DNA from: Saccostrea echinata
Taxonomy: Eukaryota
Reading direction: 5' to 3'
Assembly (NCBI RefSeq): GCF_033153115.1
Contig: NW_026889792.1
Span: 4,030,001-4,094,000, forward strand
DNA length: 64,000 nucleotides
Shown here: positions 53,544 through 64,000 of the stretch, piece after piece
How positions within the stretch are numbered: position 1 is the first letter of the stretch
Layout of the letters: each line of letters starts with the position of its first letter
The notes under the pieces: model-generated
Told to the model about the DNA's origin: nothing
What the model saw: only the letters and a program-made list of their open reading frames with translations
Databases searched by the model: none
Program-made: the position numbers and the translations under genes

Positions 53544-54126
53544 ATTATTTATGTTCACAGGGTGTATTATGGTCATTTTGGCAAGTTCAATGTCACTTTT
53601 ATAAAAATGTATGATTGATCATTCCATTTTGTAGTGGAGAAACATTGGAAGCTCAATTAATCTTGGCACATCTTTCTCCTGGTAGAAAAGTATATAATCC
53701 TATTATAATCTTTATCTGATTCCGGCATTTTCAACATAGGGTTCTTGCAATATTTCCACAACAAAAATGTTCAAGACAATGCAATATAAGTGAACAAAAA
53801 TCACTGTTGTATACTTACATTGGGAAAATTGTAAAGAACGTATTCAGTTACCATGGTTACTTTATCTTGGCATTCTTGGACATCTATAATGTTGAGAATA
53901 CTTTAAACTGTGTCATTAACTGTAGATTCCGTTTCGTTTGTAGGAGCGAAATCGGCTGAAAAAAAAAAAAGAAAAAAGACCTGACACGATCGTAAAAATG
54001 AGAAATGGATACAGCAGTAATAATAACCAATACATAGTATTCGTCGCCCGGTGCATGCTTATAGGTTCTTTGCTTCAATTAGCCCATTCTTTTTGAGAAG
54101 AGAGTTCCGAAAGGTGTTTGTCAAAG

Positions 54127-54246
54127 ATGGCTGGATCTGAAAAGAAACTCGAGAGATCGAAGAGTGGACTTCGAATGATCCCCGTGTCTGACACTGACTC
54201 GAGCCCCTTTTCCCTTCCAGAACCTCCCTGGGTATCAGACGATGAG
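54127..54246 (+). CDS. ZFYVE21: Zinc finger FYVE domain-containing protein 21, exon 1/7
   Basis: MAGSEKKLERSKSGLRMIPV...SPFSLPEPPWVSDDE matches ZFYVE21 KKLVRSPSGLRMVP...SPFGLEEPQWVPD; GTAAGT donor. Confidence 0.92.
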
Positions 54247-54438
54247 GTAAGTTAAATGTGCCAGTAATGACAAAAGTAAACAGTACCGTAAACTTCATCG
54301 TATTTATGCATATAAATGTACGCCCATCATAAAAACGGGAGATTTTTTTCCCTACCAAAATGGGTAGCATTGTATTTTATCAGATCAAACCTTTGTGACA
54401 CGGTTTAATGGAATATTTTTTGTGTTTTTTTTTTCCAG

Positions 54439-54492
54439 TGCAAACAGTGTCAAAACTGCAGAGCAAAATTTGATTTCTTTAAAAGAAGAAAG
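54439..54492 (+). CDS. ZFYVE21: ZFYVE21 exon 2/7
   Basis: CKQCQNCRAKFDFFKRRK, first FYVE Zn ligands; ccAG/GT boundaries. Confidence 0.88.
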
Positions 54493-54645
54493 GTAAAGAC
54501 TATAAGAGCAACAGACGGATATGTATTCAAATATAAAAAGATTCAAAATGTTATAAATATATTGACTCTTTTTAAAAAAAAAAATTACAAGACAATCTAA
54601 GTAAAGTTACCATGTTAACTGAGATTCTCCATATTCTTGAATCAG

Positions 54646-54814
54646 CATCACTGCCGTCGCTGTGGAAAGTGCTTCTGTAATGACTGTTGTCAAGAGAAGG
54701 TGAATTTACCCAGGATGCTATTCCTGGACCCAGTCCGCCACTGCCAAGTCTGCACAGAGATTTCAAGGAAGGAGGAGGACTTCTTCGAGAAGCATTTAAA
54801 AACACTGCTGAATG
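54646..54814 (+). CDS. ZFYVE21: ZFYVE21 exon 3/7 (FYVE core)
   Basis: HHCRRCGKCFCNDCC...PRMLFLDPVRHCQVC. Confidence 0.93.
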
Positions 54815-55064
54815 GTACATTTCTCTGATATAATTACAGTTAATCTTCGGTATCCCAAACATTGATTCTCAAATACCATTTATATGTGTCAAAGGTAGTT
54901 CCACTGCTTGTATGTATTTTAATGTCTATGTTGAATCCTCGGATGTATCAAAGTTTTTTTTTCAGCCCCATTGAGTTCAAGTTAACAAGTTTTGACTGCA
55001 CTGTATATAAGGTGTAAAAATGTTTCACAATGTTGATCATGTACTGAGCATGCTGTTTTTGTAG

Positions 55065-55146
55065 GAGGTTATTTCAATGTGACTGAGTCAGATATGGGGC
55101 CAGATGAGGGATCTCTCTTCTTCCTCAAACTTTCAGCCAATCACAG
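55065..55146 (+). CDS. ZFYVE21: ZFYVE21 exon 4/7
   Basis: GYFNVTESDMGPDEGSLFFLKLSANH; phase 1-2 consistent. Confidence 0.82.
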
Positions 55147-55915
55147 GTAAAAAACACTTTTAATTGTGTCCCCTCTCAAAAAATGGTTGGAATGTTACTT
55201 TAACCCTATAATAATAAATTGCTAGTCTGTTCTTCTTTCTGCCATGAATAAAGCAGTTTTACGACTTTATTTATCATTGCCATTCACTACACCAAATATC
55301 CTTAAAGATCTGGTACCTTTTATCTGCCCATGGCAGTGTGTAGCAAGAAAAACTAATATTGCAATAGTCATAGTGACTCCCAATCCTTTTGATGTACAAA
55401 TAGGTATACCTCCTAAGTGTGCAGAAATATCTCTTACATCCAAATTAAGTCAATGAAACCTTGAGATTATAAATTTAAATTTATGTATGTGATTTTATAA
55501 TGGTGACTTATAAATCAAGTGTTGGTTCTCATCCATTTAGTGTAATATGCCTTTGAGTTATGAATATTTTGTAGAACATTGTTGCAGTAGCATATAGTGC
55601 AATCAGTATTGAGCTGGGTTAGATTATATATGTTATATATGTTAATTCCATTTAATCTTGTGTTATAAAAAGACATTCTTATATAATTTAGATCATTCTT
55701 TTAACATTTCATTGATAAGCTAAAGAAAGATTAATATTGAAGAATATTAAAGAAATTAATCAAAGCAAGAAACTGAAAATAAAAAGAAACATGAAGAACT
55801 AATTTGACTGTATTTTTAAGATATTTAAATACTGAATGCTTCTATAGATGGCACAAGACAACAAAATGATTAATGTCTTCTTACTGACCCAAAATGTTTT
55901 AAAATCTATTTATAG

Positions 55916-56013
55916 ACAGCTGCTGTTTGAGGGAGATAATGATAAACGCGAACCTGTTCAGATTGAGAAAATAGACACCTTGCAGATTCTACCATCTGGA
56001 AAGGATGAAGAAG
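55916..56013 (+). CDS. ZFYVE21: ZFYVE21 exon 5/7
   Basis: QLLFEGDNDKREPVQIEKIDTLQIL; phase 2-1. Confidence 0.82.
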
Positions 56014-57287
56014 GTGAAAAGTTTGTTTTTATTAACAACAAAGTAAAATGTCATCAAATGGTCGCTAGAATCGTGCATTTGAAAAAATTGGCAATAGAAA
56101 TGAAATTAATTTATCAATGTTTTGGCCCATAAAAAATTCCATTATACATGTCTTTTTCTGCCCCATAATGCTCCCAGGAGATGAAATTTATACAGGTAAA
56201 CTTGTAAAAACTCATTTTTGTTGTGTATTGTTGTGTTATGCTGGAGATCATTACTTGGTTAGTGTTGTGTGTATTTTCTTATGCCTTGTCACGAATATGG
56301 TCGGGGTGTACAGTGTTTGTCATGTCTGATGTCATCCATCTCTTTGTCTGTCACTTTGCAGTTAGTCCAGTTTCAAAGACACTCTTAAGATATTTTTATC
56401 AAAATTCATAAACTAGCTGATACATATTGCTAAGAGCTATTCAAGTGTGTCAGAATTTTTTGACCTTAACCCCAATGGTTTTGACTTCATTATTCATCAG
56501 TTTAAGTTTAGCTCAGCTTCAAAGAAACTATTCTAGATATTTTTATCATAACATATTCTTATACAAATTGGTGAGAGTTACTCAATTTTGTCAGAATTTT
56601 CTGACCTTGACTGACCCTGTGACCTTGAACTTTAATTTTCTCTCATTTTGCATTTTGTTATCGTGTTGAATTCCATAGAGGATTACTGAATACAACTCCA
56701 TATATGTATAAATCTGTGAGAACATTTCATCCATACCTACCTAAAATATCATGTATACATTTGCTATGTATGAAGAAAATGAATTGAAACATGGAGACTT
56801 ATGGATAGGATGGATAGGTTGAATGGATAGGATGAATGAACACTGCACACATAAAAGATGTCAAAAGACTTTTGTGGGCTACCAGGTCAGACCTCTCCAC
56901 AAACAGAAAGATTATTGAAATGTTAATATATGAACTCTTTTAAAGTTGAATACCTATCATTCTACAAACACCAAACCTGTGAGTGTTTACATGTAGGTGG
57001 AATCGGGTATCTAGTATAGATGAATTGAATCCTTTTGGAGTTTGATAGGAATTTTTATTAATTAAATAGTACACTTAAATATTTAGAAACTCATATTTTC
57101 TATAAAATACTGGCTATAACATGATGACACATTATTAGTTCACAAGGTCAAAGTTTAATAAAGCTCAAGAGGTCAAGGTTATGGGTAAAATCCCTGGATA
57201 CCTCACTTGGGCATCATTATGTATTAAATTTATGTTCATTGAATTTAGTAGAAAATTCTAAAAAAAAAATTTACATATGGTTTGAAG

Positions 57288-57418
57288 GCAACACGTTAGC
57301 AGGGGGCATTGCAATAAAATACACAGACACAACTGGAGGAACAAACATTATTAAGATGATGGTGGATAGTGGGGGAAACAAAAAGCCAGGACAGATCTGG
57401 ATTGCTGCCATGCAGAAA
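57288..57418 (+). CDS. ZFYVE21: ZFYVE21 exon 6/7
   Basis: GNTLAGGIAIKY...GQIWIAAMQK resembles GNARATGMFLQY...AWLVAMHK; GTAAGA donor. Confidence 0.85.
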
Positions 57419-58893
57419 GTAAGATTCTACGATCACTGTTGTATATATATATATGTATATATAGAGAGAGAGAGAGAGAGAAATTAAAGTGTCCAGTTTT
57501 CTTATATAAAGAAATTAAATAAATGTAAGGCAACACAGAGTTAAACATTAACATTTTCATTAATATCTGCAGAGTTTTACCCCCCCCCCCCCCCCCCCCC
57601 CCAAGGAAAACCCAAAAAAACAAAAACAGCATTTTCCTGATACATATGATATATATACACTTAAAATAGGTGACACCAAAGTAATATAGAGGGATAAATT
57701 TACCACATATAGAATATAGAGATATGCAATAAAATACTTGTACTATTTAGATAAAATTATGCAATTTTATCAAACTGCTAAGATTAAGTTAAAATATTTG
57801 AATAAAAAATGTTTTTCATTTTCTGAGTCTTATTTCTGTAATATTATCTGTTTAAAGTTTATAGAAAGGAAACATTTTAAACCGTCCATGTTCTCAGATA
57901 TCATAATGTGTTTACATTTCTCTGCAATTTGAATTTGTTGTTAATGCACACATTCTGGCTCACCGTATGGTACATGTACCTATCTACACATGTACAGTTT
58001 AGATGTTAAATTGCTTGCAGCCTCTTTAAGTTATACATGTTTATTAAATTTTTAGATTCATGTGACCTTGGTCAAATTAAAAGAGAACTCTTCTAAAATC
58101 AAAGGAAGTCCCTTGTGACTATAGGTTTTCAAAAAGAACATGTTAGATTAAATGAAGTTCCTTGTCAAAAAAAAAAAAGACCTGCCACATTGCAGGTCTT
58201 TATACTTTATTGTCAAAGGAATTTTGGTGAGACTTCAGATGATGTTCTCAATTCTTAACTAAAGCAATTGAAGAAATGATTTTATATATCCTTGAAAAAA
58301 AAATGAGTTATGAACAAAGAAAAAAAAAACAGCTCAAAAATATCAAAAAAATTGCTCAGTCCATCAAAAATCAGAAAATCCATTAAGTTTGTGATTAAAA
58401 GAACTTGACAAGATTTTTAAATTCAAAACTATAAAGAATCTTCAGATGATTGGATTGATTTACTAATGTATTCCTATCTAGTGTCTTTTAAATTTCACTT
58501 AACTTTAATTTGTTTCTTCAATTGTGTAAGTTTCATTTTTTAATATCTAAAAATGTAAAATTTACCAGATGTGATCTATATATATAAGTAGCATATATAC
58601 CTATTTTGAGTAACTTGCAAGGGAAGTAAAACTACAATCAGTCAAATAAAAATAAAAAAATGTGTAGTTTATCTCATTTAGAAAAAGTTATTTACTGATG
58701 ACATTTTGATCTGCGAATCTTTTTTCAACTAAGCAGGAAGCTAACATTGTAAATGTTTAGATGTGAATAGTACACTGTATATTCCTTCCTGTTAGTACAA
58801 CACACTGTATGTCTCTTCCTGTTTTTTTAGTTTCCTGACATTAAATTTGATCAATTTATTAAAGTTCATGCATTGTTATTGTTTTTATTGCAG

Positions 58894-58929
58894 GCATTTA
58901 AAATGGTATATGATGCAAGGGCAAAGTAA
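58894..58929 (+). CDS. ZFYVE21: ZFYVE21 exon 7/7
   Basis: ttgcAG|AFKMVYDARAK* resembles AAKLLYESRDQ*. Confidence 0.82.
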   Translation, partial: AFKMVYDARAK

Positions 58930-59209
58930 AGTTGGAAGATATCAGGGGGAGAGAAGTCAGGAAAAAAAGATCTAAAGATAGGAGATGAAGTCAAAACAGA
59001 AATACACAGTGGCATTTTATTTAATGAATCATGGGCTCTCTTGCCAGATTAGTACGTGTTGTGTCTGTGATTAAATAAGTACATGTCTATAAATACTCTT
59101 TATGTATAGAAGTATTTAATTATTCCATGTTTCATACATTTATATATGTAACTGTGATGCACATTGATGATGTACATTGCACTGTGTGTACATTTGCATG
59201 TATTTAATA

Positions 59210-59974
59210 CAGTCAAATTTCAGTATCTGGAATATGTATTTTTGAGATACATTGGGATGTCAAAGTGAGTTGTTATGTATTATGCATACATATCTCAACT
59301 TTGGTATCCAAACTCTTGAGATATCTCAAGGTTTTTTTGACAGTCCTACCATAAAACAATTAACATAAATATTTCTAACTCCTCAGATATCTCATAAGTT
59401 TTTTTATGTGATTCCTGTCACAATATAAATCTCAACTTTAACTCTGAGAGATATCTCAAGATGTTTTATCACAGTCCTGCCTCTATATAATGCTTAAGTA
59501 TTTCTTTCTCCAGAGATATCTCGTGGATTTTTGACAGTGAATCCAGTCATAATACAAATCTTTTTTTTAATGCTTTATAATACAAATCTTAAATTTATCT
59601 CAAATCTGAAATATCTCAAGGGTTTTATTTCAGTAAATCCTGTCACAATACATTTCTTAACTTTATCTCAAACCCTGAGATATCTCAAGGGTTTTTTTTT
59701 TTGTCAGTGAGTCCTGTCATAATACAAATTTGAACTTTGGTTTATCTGTAACTCTAATGCATCTCAAAGCTTTTTTTTTTTTGTGGCAATGGATCCTGTC
59801 ATAATAAAAATTTCAGCTTTTATATCTTAAACCCTGAGATATCTCAAGGTTTTTTTTGTCAGTGAGTCCTGTCATGATAATACAAATCTCAACTTTAGCA
59901 TCTCAAATTCTCACATATCTCAGTATATTTTATGACAGTCCTACCTTTTTTGAGATATAAAAGGAGTTTGACTG
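59210..59974. repeat. Tc1-type MITE with an internally amplified ~60-65 bp tandem array
   Basis: ta|cagtcaaa ... tttgactg|ta ends enclose ~10 units of gagatatctcaagg..ttttgacagt..cctgtcataataca. Confidence 0.75.
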
Positions 59975-59988
59975 TATGAACAAGGAGG

Positions 59989-59990
<2 letters not shown>

Positions 59991-60058
<68 letters not shown>
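59991..60058. repeat. (TA)n microsatellite
   Basis: Perfect TA run. Confidence 0.95.
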
Positions 60059-60059
<1 letters not shown>

Positions 60060-62791
60060 TGACATATTAACCAAATTGTTACTTTGTAAGGATAGGTTGT
60101 ACCCTATTGGTTATTGTTTTAATAAGCACAGTCACAGTCTTCATAAATGTTCATTATACATGTATTAATGAAGTAGACTAAGTTCCATTATTGTTAAACA
60201 CAAGTACTTCTATATACGTCAGAAATCTTGAGATGTATATTTTTTTCCATCCTGTGACTTGTAAGTCCAGAAAACTTGGCTTTAAAAGTTTATTTGATAA
60301 AAACTCTAATTTTTCTTCAATCTTCTTAACTAGCTGTGATGCATGCATTGTATGTTTTTGCATGACTTAGACATTCTTTTTAAGTTTAAAAAAATTATAA
60401 ACGTTTTATACAATAAAACATTTCTTTAAAAAGTGAACATAGGATCTGTAAGATGGACCAAAATAAGAGAAAATCAGTTAAAATAGCTAGGACTGTGTGG
60501 TTGTAGGTTAAATACGATTGAAATTAAGGCTATGAGTACATGTAAGAAAATGGGAGAAGCCATGTTTTAAACACTTCAAAGAGCTTGATTAAAGTTTTAA
60601 GGATGTTGACAAAACACTCATCATGAGTTGGATAGATGCATGCATTGTTAAAGTCTTCCTAATATTCAGCTGTACTTCAGAGGTGTTTAAAATGTGGGCT
60701 ACTGTGTTTTATGTACAGGTTCCTTTTTATTGTGATAGAGAATGTATTGAAAGTTGGTGCTAAACAGTAATATTGCTGTAACCGATTGAATACTGTATAT
60801 AATATTGTACATATATAGTGTAATTATTGTATATAATGTATACTTATAATTATTAATGTTAAACCATTACATATGAACTGTCATAAAAGCAATAAAAAAC
60901 ATAGGAGTTGTCAGAAAGCATTATGGGTCATGGGGTGTAATTTATCATTAATTACAAGTAAAGATAATGTTATTTATAATTAGTAGTGACTATTAGTATA
61001 CACTTTTAACACTTTAAATGTTATCTATAATTGATGTAAAATTTTTGTAATAAAATCTCGGTAAGATACATTTACATATTGTGTTACTTATCAAATTAAT
61101 TTTGCTGGAAATATTTGTCACTAGCAGAACCCCTGGATATTTAGAAAAAAAGTCTTTTGCAAGTCTGGGCAGTGGAAGATTAGAATCATGCTTTTAAATA
61201 AAACAGTGCATGCAGTGTCCACTGGAAATTTGATTAAAAATTATTGATCTGGTGTAACTTTAAACTTTGATATTGCCAGACTTTGAAAACAAGGAAAAAA
61301 GTTCACACTTAAACTTTTAAACCAGGGGTGTTAAAAGGTTCCTCACACATTTTCCACTGAGCGAACGGTGTCCTTATTGCCTTCATCAACAAACGGAAAG
61401 CTTTTTAATTTTTTTTTGGTGTTTTCTTAGCACGCTAAGAGTAAACCCCCTTCTTTCTGATGCATGTTAAATATACCAGGAAAGTCTTTTGAGAAGAGGT
61501 TGAACTGCGAAGATTAATTTCCATTAAGTCTACATGTAATGCCTGAGAATGCAAAGCAACATATGTAGACCTATGACATCCTCCAACACATACACATTAT
61601 CCTTCCTTAATGTTCACTGATACTCTGATAAGAGAGATAACTCTAAATGACATAAATGTCTATTAATAGATTTGCAAAGTTGAAGTGTCTTTTTTGTCCA
61701 ATTTTGCCCCGCAAGCTATGATATAATTATTTGTATTTTACTTATAAATTACATTTCTTTTGGAAAATCATTTTGAGCAACATTGTATGTGTGAGCAGAG
61801 GGTTTATGAACCTTAATTAAGATGCTCTTCTGTTATCTCCTGTACTGGTGTGTGCAATGTTTATGAATGATAGAAATGTTCAATTGATACCTGTAGTAAT
61901 ACGAAATTTATAGATAAGTTGATCATATTTCATGAGTTGTAAAAGAAGGACCATAAATTAGAAATCTTGTAAAATCAAGTCCATGGAAGGCATAACGCCG
62001 AAATTCGAATGAGAAACCACGCCCAAAATTAATATGGATATCATAAAAGGGAATGTACGGCATGAAATATTTCTCACTTGAATCACCCTACTCTTCTGTG
62101 AAACTTGAAGAGAGAAGGCGAAGTGCCGAAATTCAAGAGGGAAACCACACCAAAGGTTTTGCTTCAAGAAAAGAAGGGCGAAACGTTGCCCAAATGAATC
62201 ATCGTATATACGTATTAAGATATTTTTTTAAACTTTGGAATTCCTTATTTTTTAATTAACTTCAAAATCCTCACAGAAAATACAGAATACTTCTTTAATG
62301 GTATTTGAGCGTCTTCGTTATACATGACGTTCCTGTACTACGCAGTATAAAACGCTTCACCATTCATTTGCTAACTGTATAACTTTTACAATAATTTCAA
62401 CATCTTTTCTCTGTAAATACCTTCAACGTATACAAGAAAAATATGAGTCGAGCTTTTTTCTCATATTTGTTAATTCTGTTTTTAAAATATTCATAAAAAC
62501 CGGGAGTTCTACCTTCACTTATATTATTTGAAGTGACCAAAACCCTCTGACCATTTTATTTTATCTACCAAAGAGGATAAAACTTTCGTTTAAACAAATT
62601 GAATCTCAAATAGCTTTATTTCAATTTTTATTGAAAAAAGACTACCAATTGTGGGTAAGAAAGTTGAAAATTGATCTGTTAATCCCCCCCCCCCCCAAAA
62701 AAAAAAACAAACAAACAAACAAACAAACAAAAAAAACAAAAACAAACGCGCACACACAAAACAAAATAAATTCTGGAGAGTTTCCTGGCAT

Positions 62792-64000
62792 ATTTAGCTC
62801 ACCTGGTAAGAGCTATGGCTTTCATATTTCACTTGTGTATTTCTTGTGACAAGACCTTTTTTTGAGTACCATAATATCTGACCTTTTAACCTTGACCTTG
62901 GAGTTTGACCCAGTTTTGCAAAATTTTACCCAACTTTAACCTTGCCCATAACTTTTGAACAGATTGTGCTAGGGCTTTCATAATTCATGTGTAATGCTTG
63001 TGACAAGACCTTCTTTGGATATCATCAACTTTGACCCTTCGACCTTGACCTAGGAGTTTGACCTACTTTTAAAAAAAATTAACCTTGGTCATAACTTTTG
63101 AACGGTTGGAGCTTGAGCTTTCATACTTCAGATATGTAATTCTTGTGACAAAACCTTTCTTTGGATACCAGCAACGTTGACCCTTTGACATTGACCTTGG
63201 AGTTTGACCTACTTTTGGAATATTAATTAACCTTGGCCATAACTTTTAAACAGTTGGTTCTAGGGCTTTCACACTTCACCTGTGTATTTCTTATCACAAG
63301 TCCTTCCTTTAGATACCAACAATTATAGCCCATTGACCTTGGAGTTTGACCTACTTTTGGAAAATTTTACTTGGCCATTACTTTGAACAGTTGGTGCTAA
63401 GGCATTCATACTTCAAATATGTAATCCCTGTGACAAGACTTCCTTTGAAAACCAACAACTTTGACCCTTTGACCTTGGAGTTTGACCTACTTTTGAAAAA
63501 TTTTAACCTTGGCCATAACTTTTGAACGGTTGGTGCTTGGCCTTTCATATTTCACATGTGTATTTTTTGTGAGAAGGGATTTCCTTGGGCACCATTAATT
63601 TTGACCTTTTGACCTTGATGTTTGACCTACTTTTGAAAAACTTCAACCTTTTCCAAACCTTTTAATGGTTGCTGCTAGAGCTTTCTATTTCACAGTTATA
63701 TTCCTCGAGACAGGACCTTACTTTGGGTACCAACGTTTGAACAGATTGTGCTAGGGCTTTCATAATTCATGTGTAATGCTTGTGACAAGACCTTCTTTGG
63801 ATATCATCAACTTTGACCCTTCGACCTTGACCTAGGAGTTTGACCTACTTTTAAAAAAAATTAACCTTGGTCATAACTTTTGAACGGTTGGAGCTTGAGC
63901 TTTCATACTTCAGATATGTAATTCTTGTGACAAAACCTTTCTTTGGATACCAGCAACGTTGACCCTTTGACATTGACCTTGGAGTTTGACCTACTTTTGG
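62792..64000. repeat. Helentron/HINE-type satellite, ~140-150 bp monomer, continuing past the window end
   Basis: Starts tttagctcacctg; recurrent gaccttggagtttgacctacttttg units. Confidence 0.88.

Noticed and set aside
52902-53604. Short repetitive ORFs
   Set aside because: Translations of satellite monomers within a Helentron-type element.

Overview
AT-rich, intron-containing animal genomic DNA. The repeat landscape (Meta-type tRNA-SINEs, Helentron/HINE-type satellites, Tc1/hAT/MULE/Harbinger MITEs, a Naiad retroelement) suggests a bivalve, probably an oyster; this is inference. Six protein-coding genes were reconstructed by hand with GT-AG junctions and consistent phases: (1) the first coding exon of a K2P/KCNK channel (-, runs off the window start); (2) aftiphilin AFTPH (-, 7 coding exons, ~830 aa); (3) WDR91 (+, only 2 coding exons, ~790 aa); (4) CNRIP1 (-, 3 exons, ~161 aa, only partly in the ORF track); (5) an uncharacterised signal-peptide + kelch-propeller + TM protein (-, 2 exons, ~501 aa); (6) ZFYVE21 (+, 7 exons, ~229 aa). 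Introns hold many transposons with readable TSDs, including a three-level nest (TIR element > Naiad Penelope-like RT > 5-bp-TSD MITE) and a decayed Kolobok-like element. The most notable items are the kelch receptor-like protein with bacterial-looking repeats and a YxxPhi tail among endosomal trafficking genes, tandem repeats built from an AFTPH splice donor and from the AFTPH stop codon, and the intron-poor WDR91. No new biological system can be established from sequence alone.
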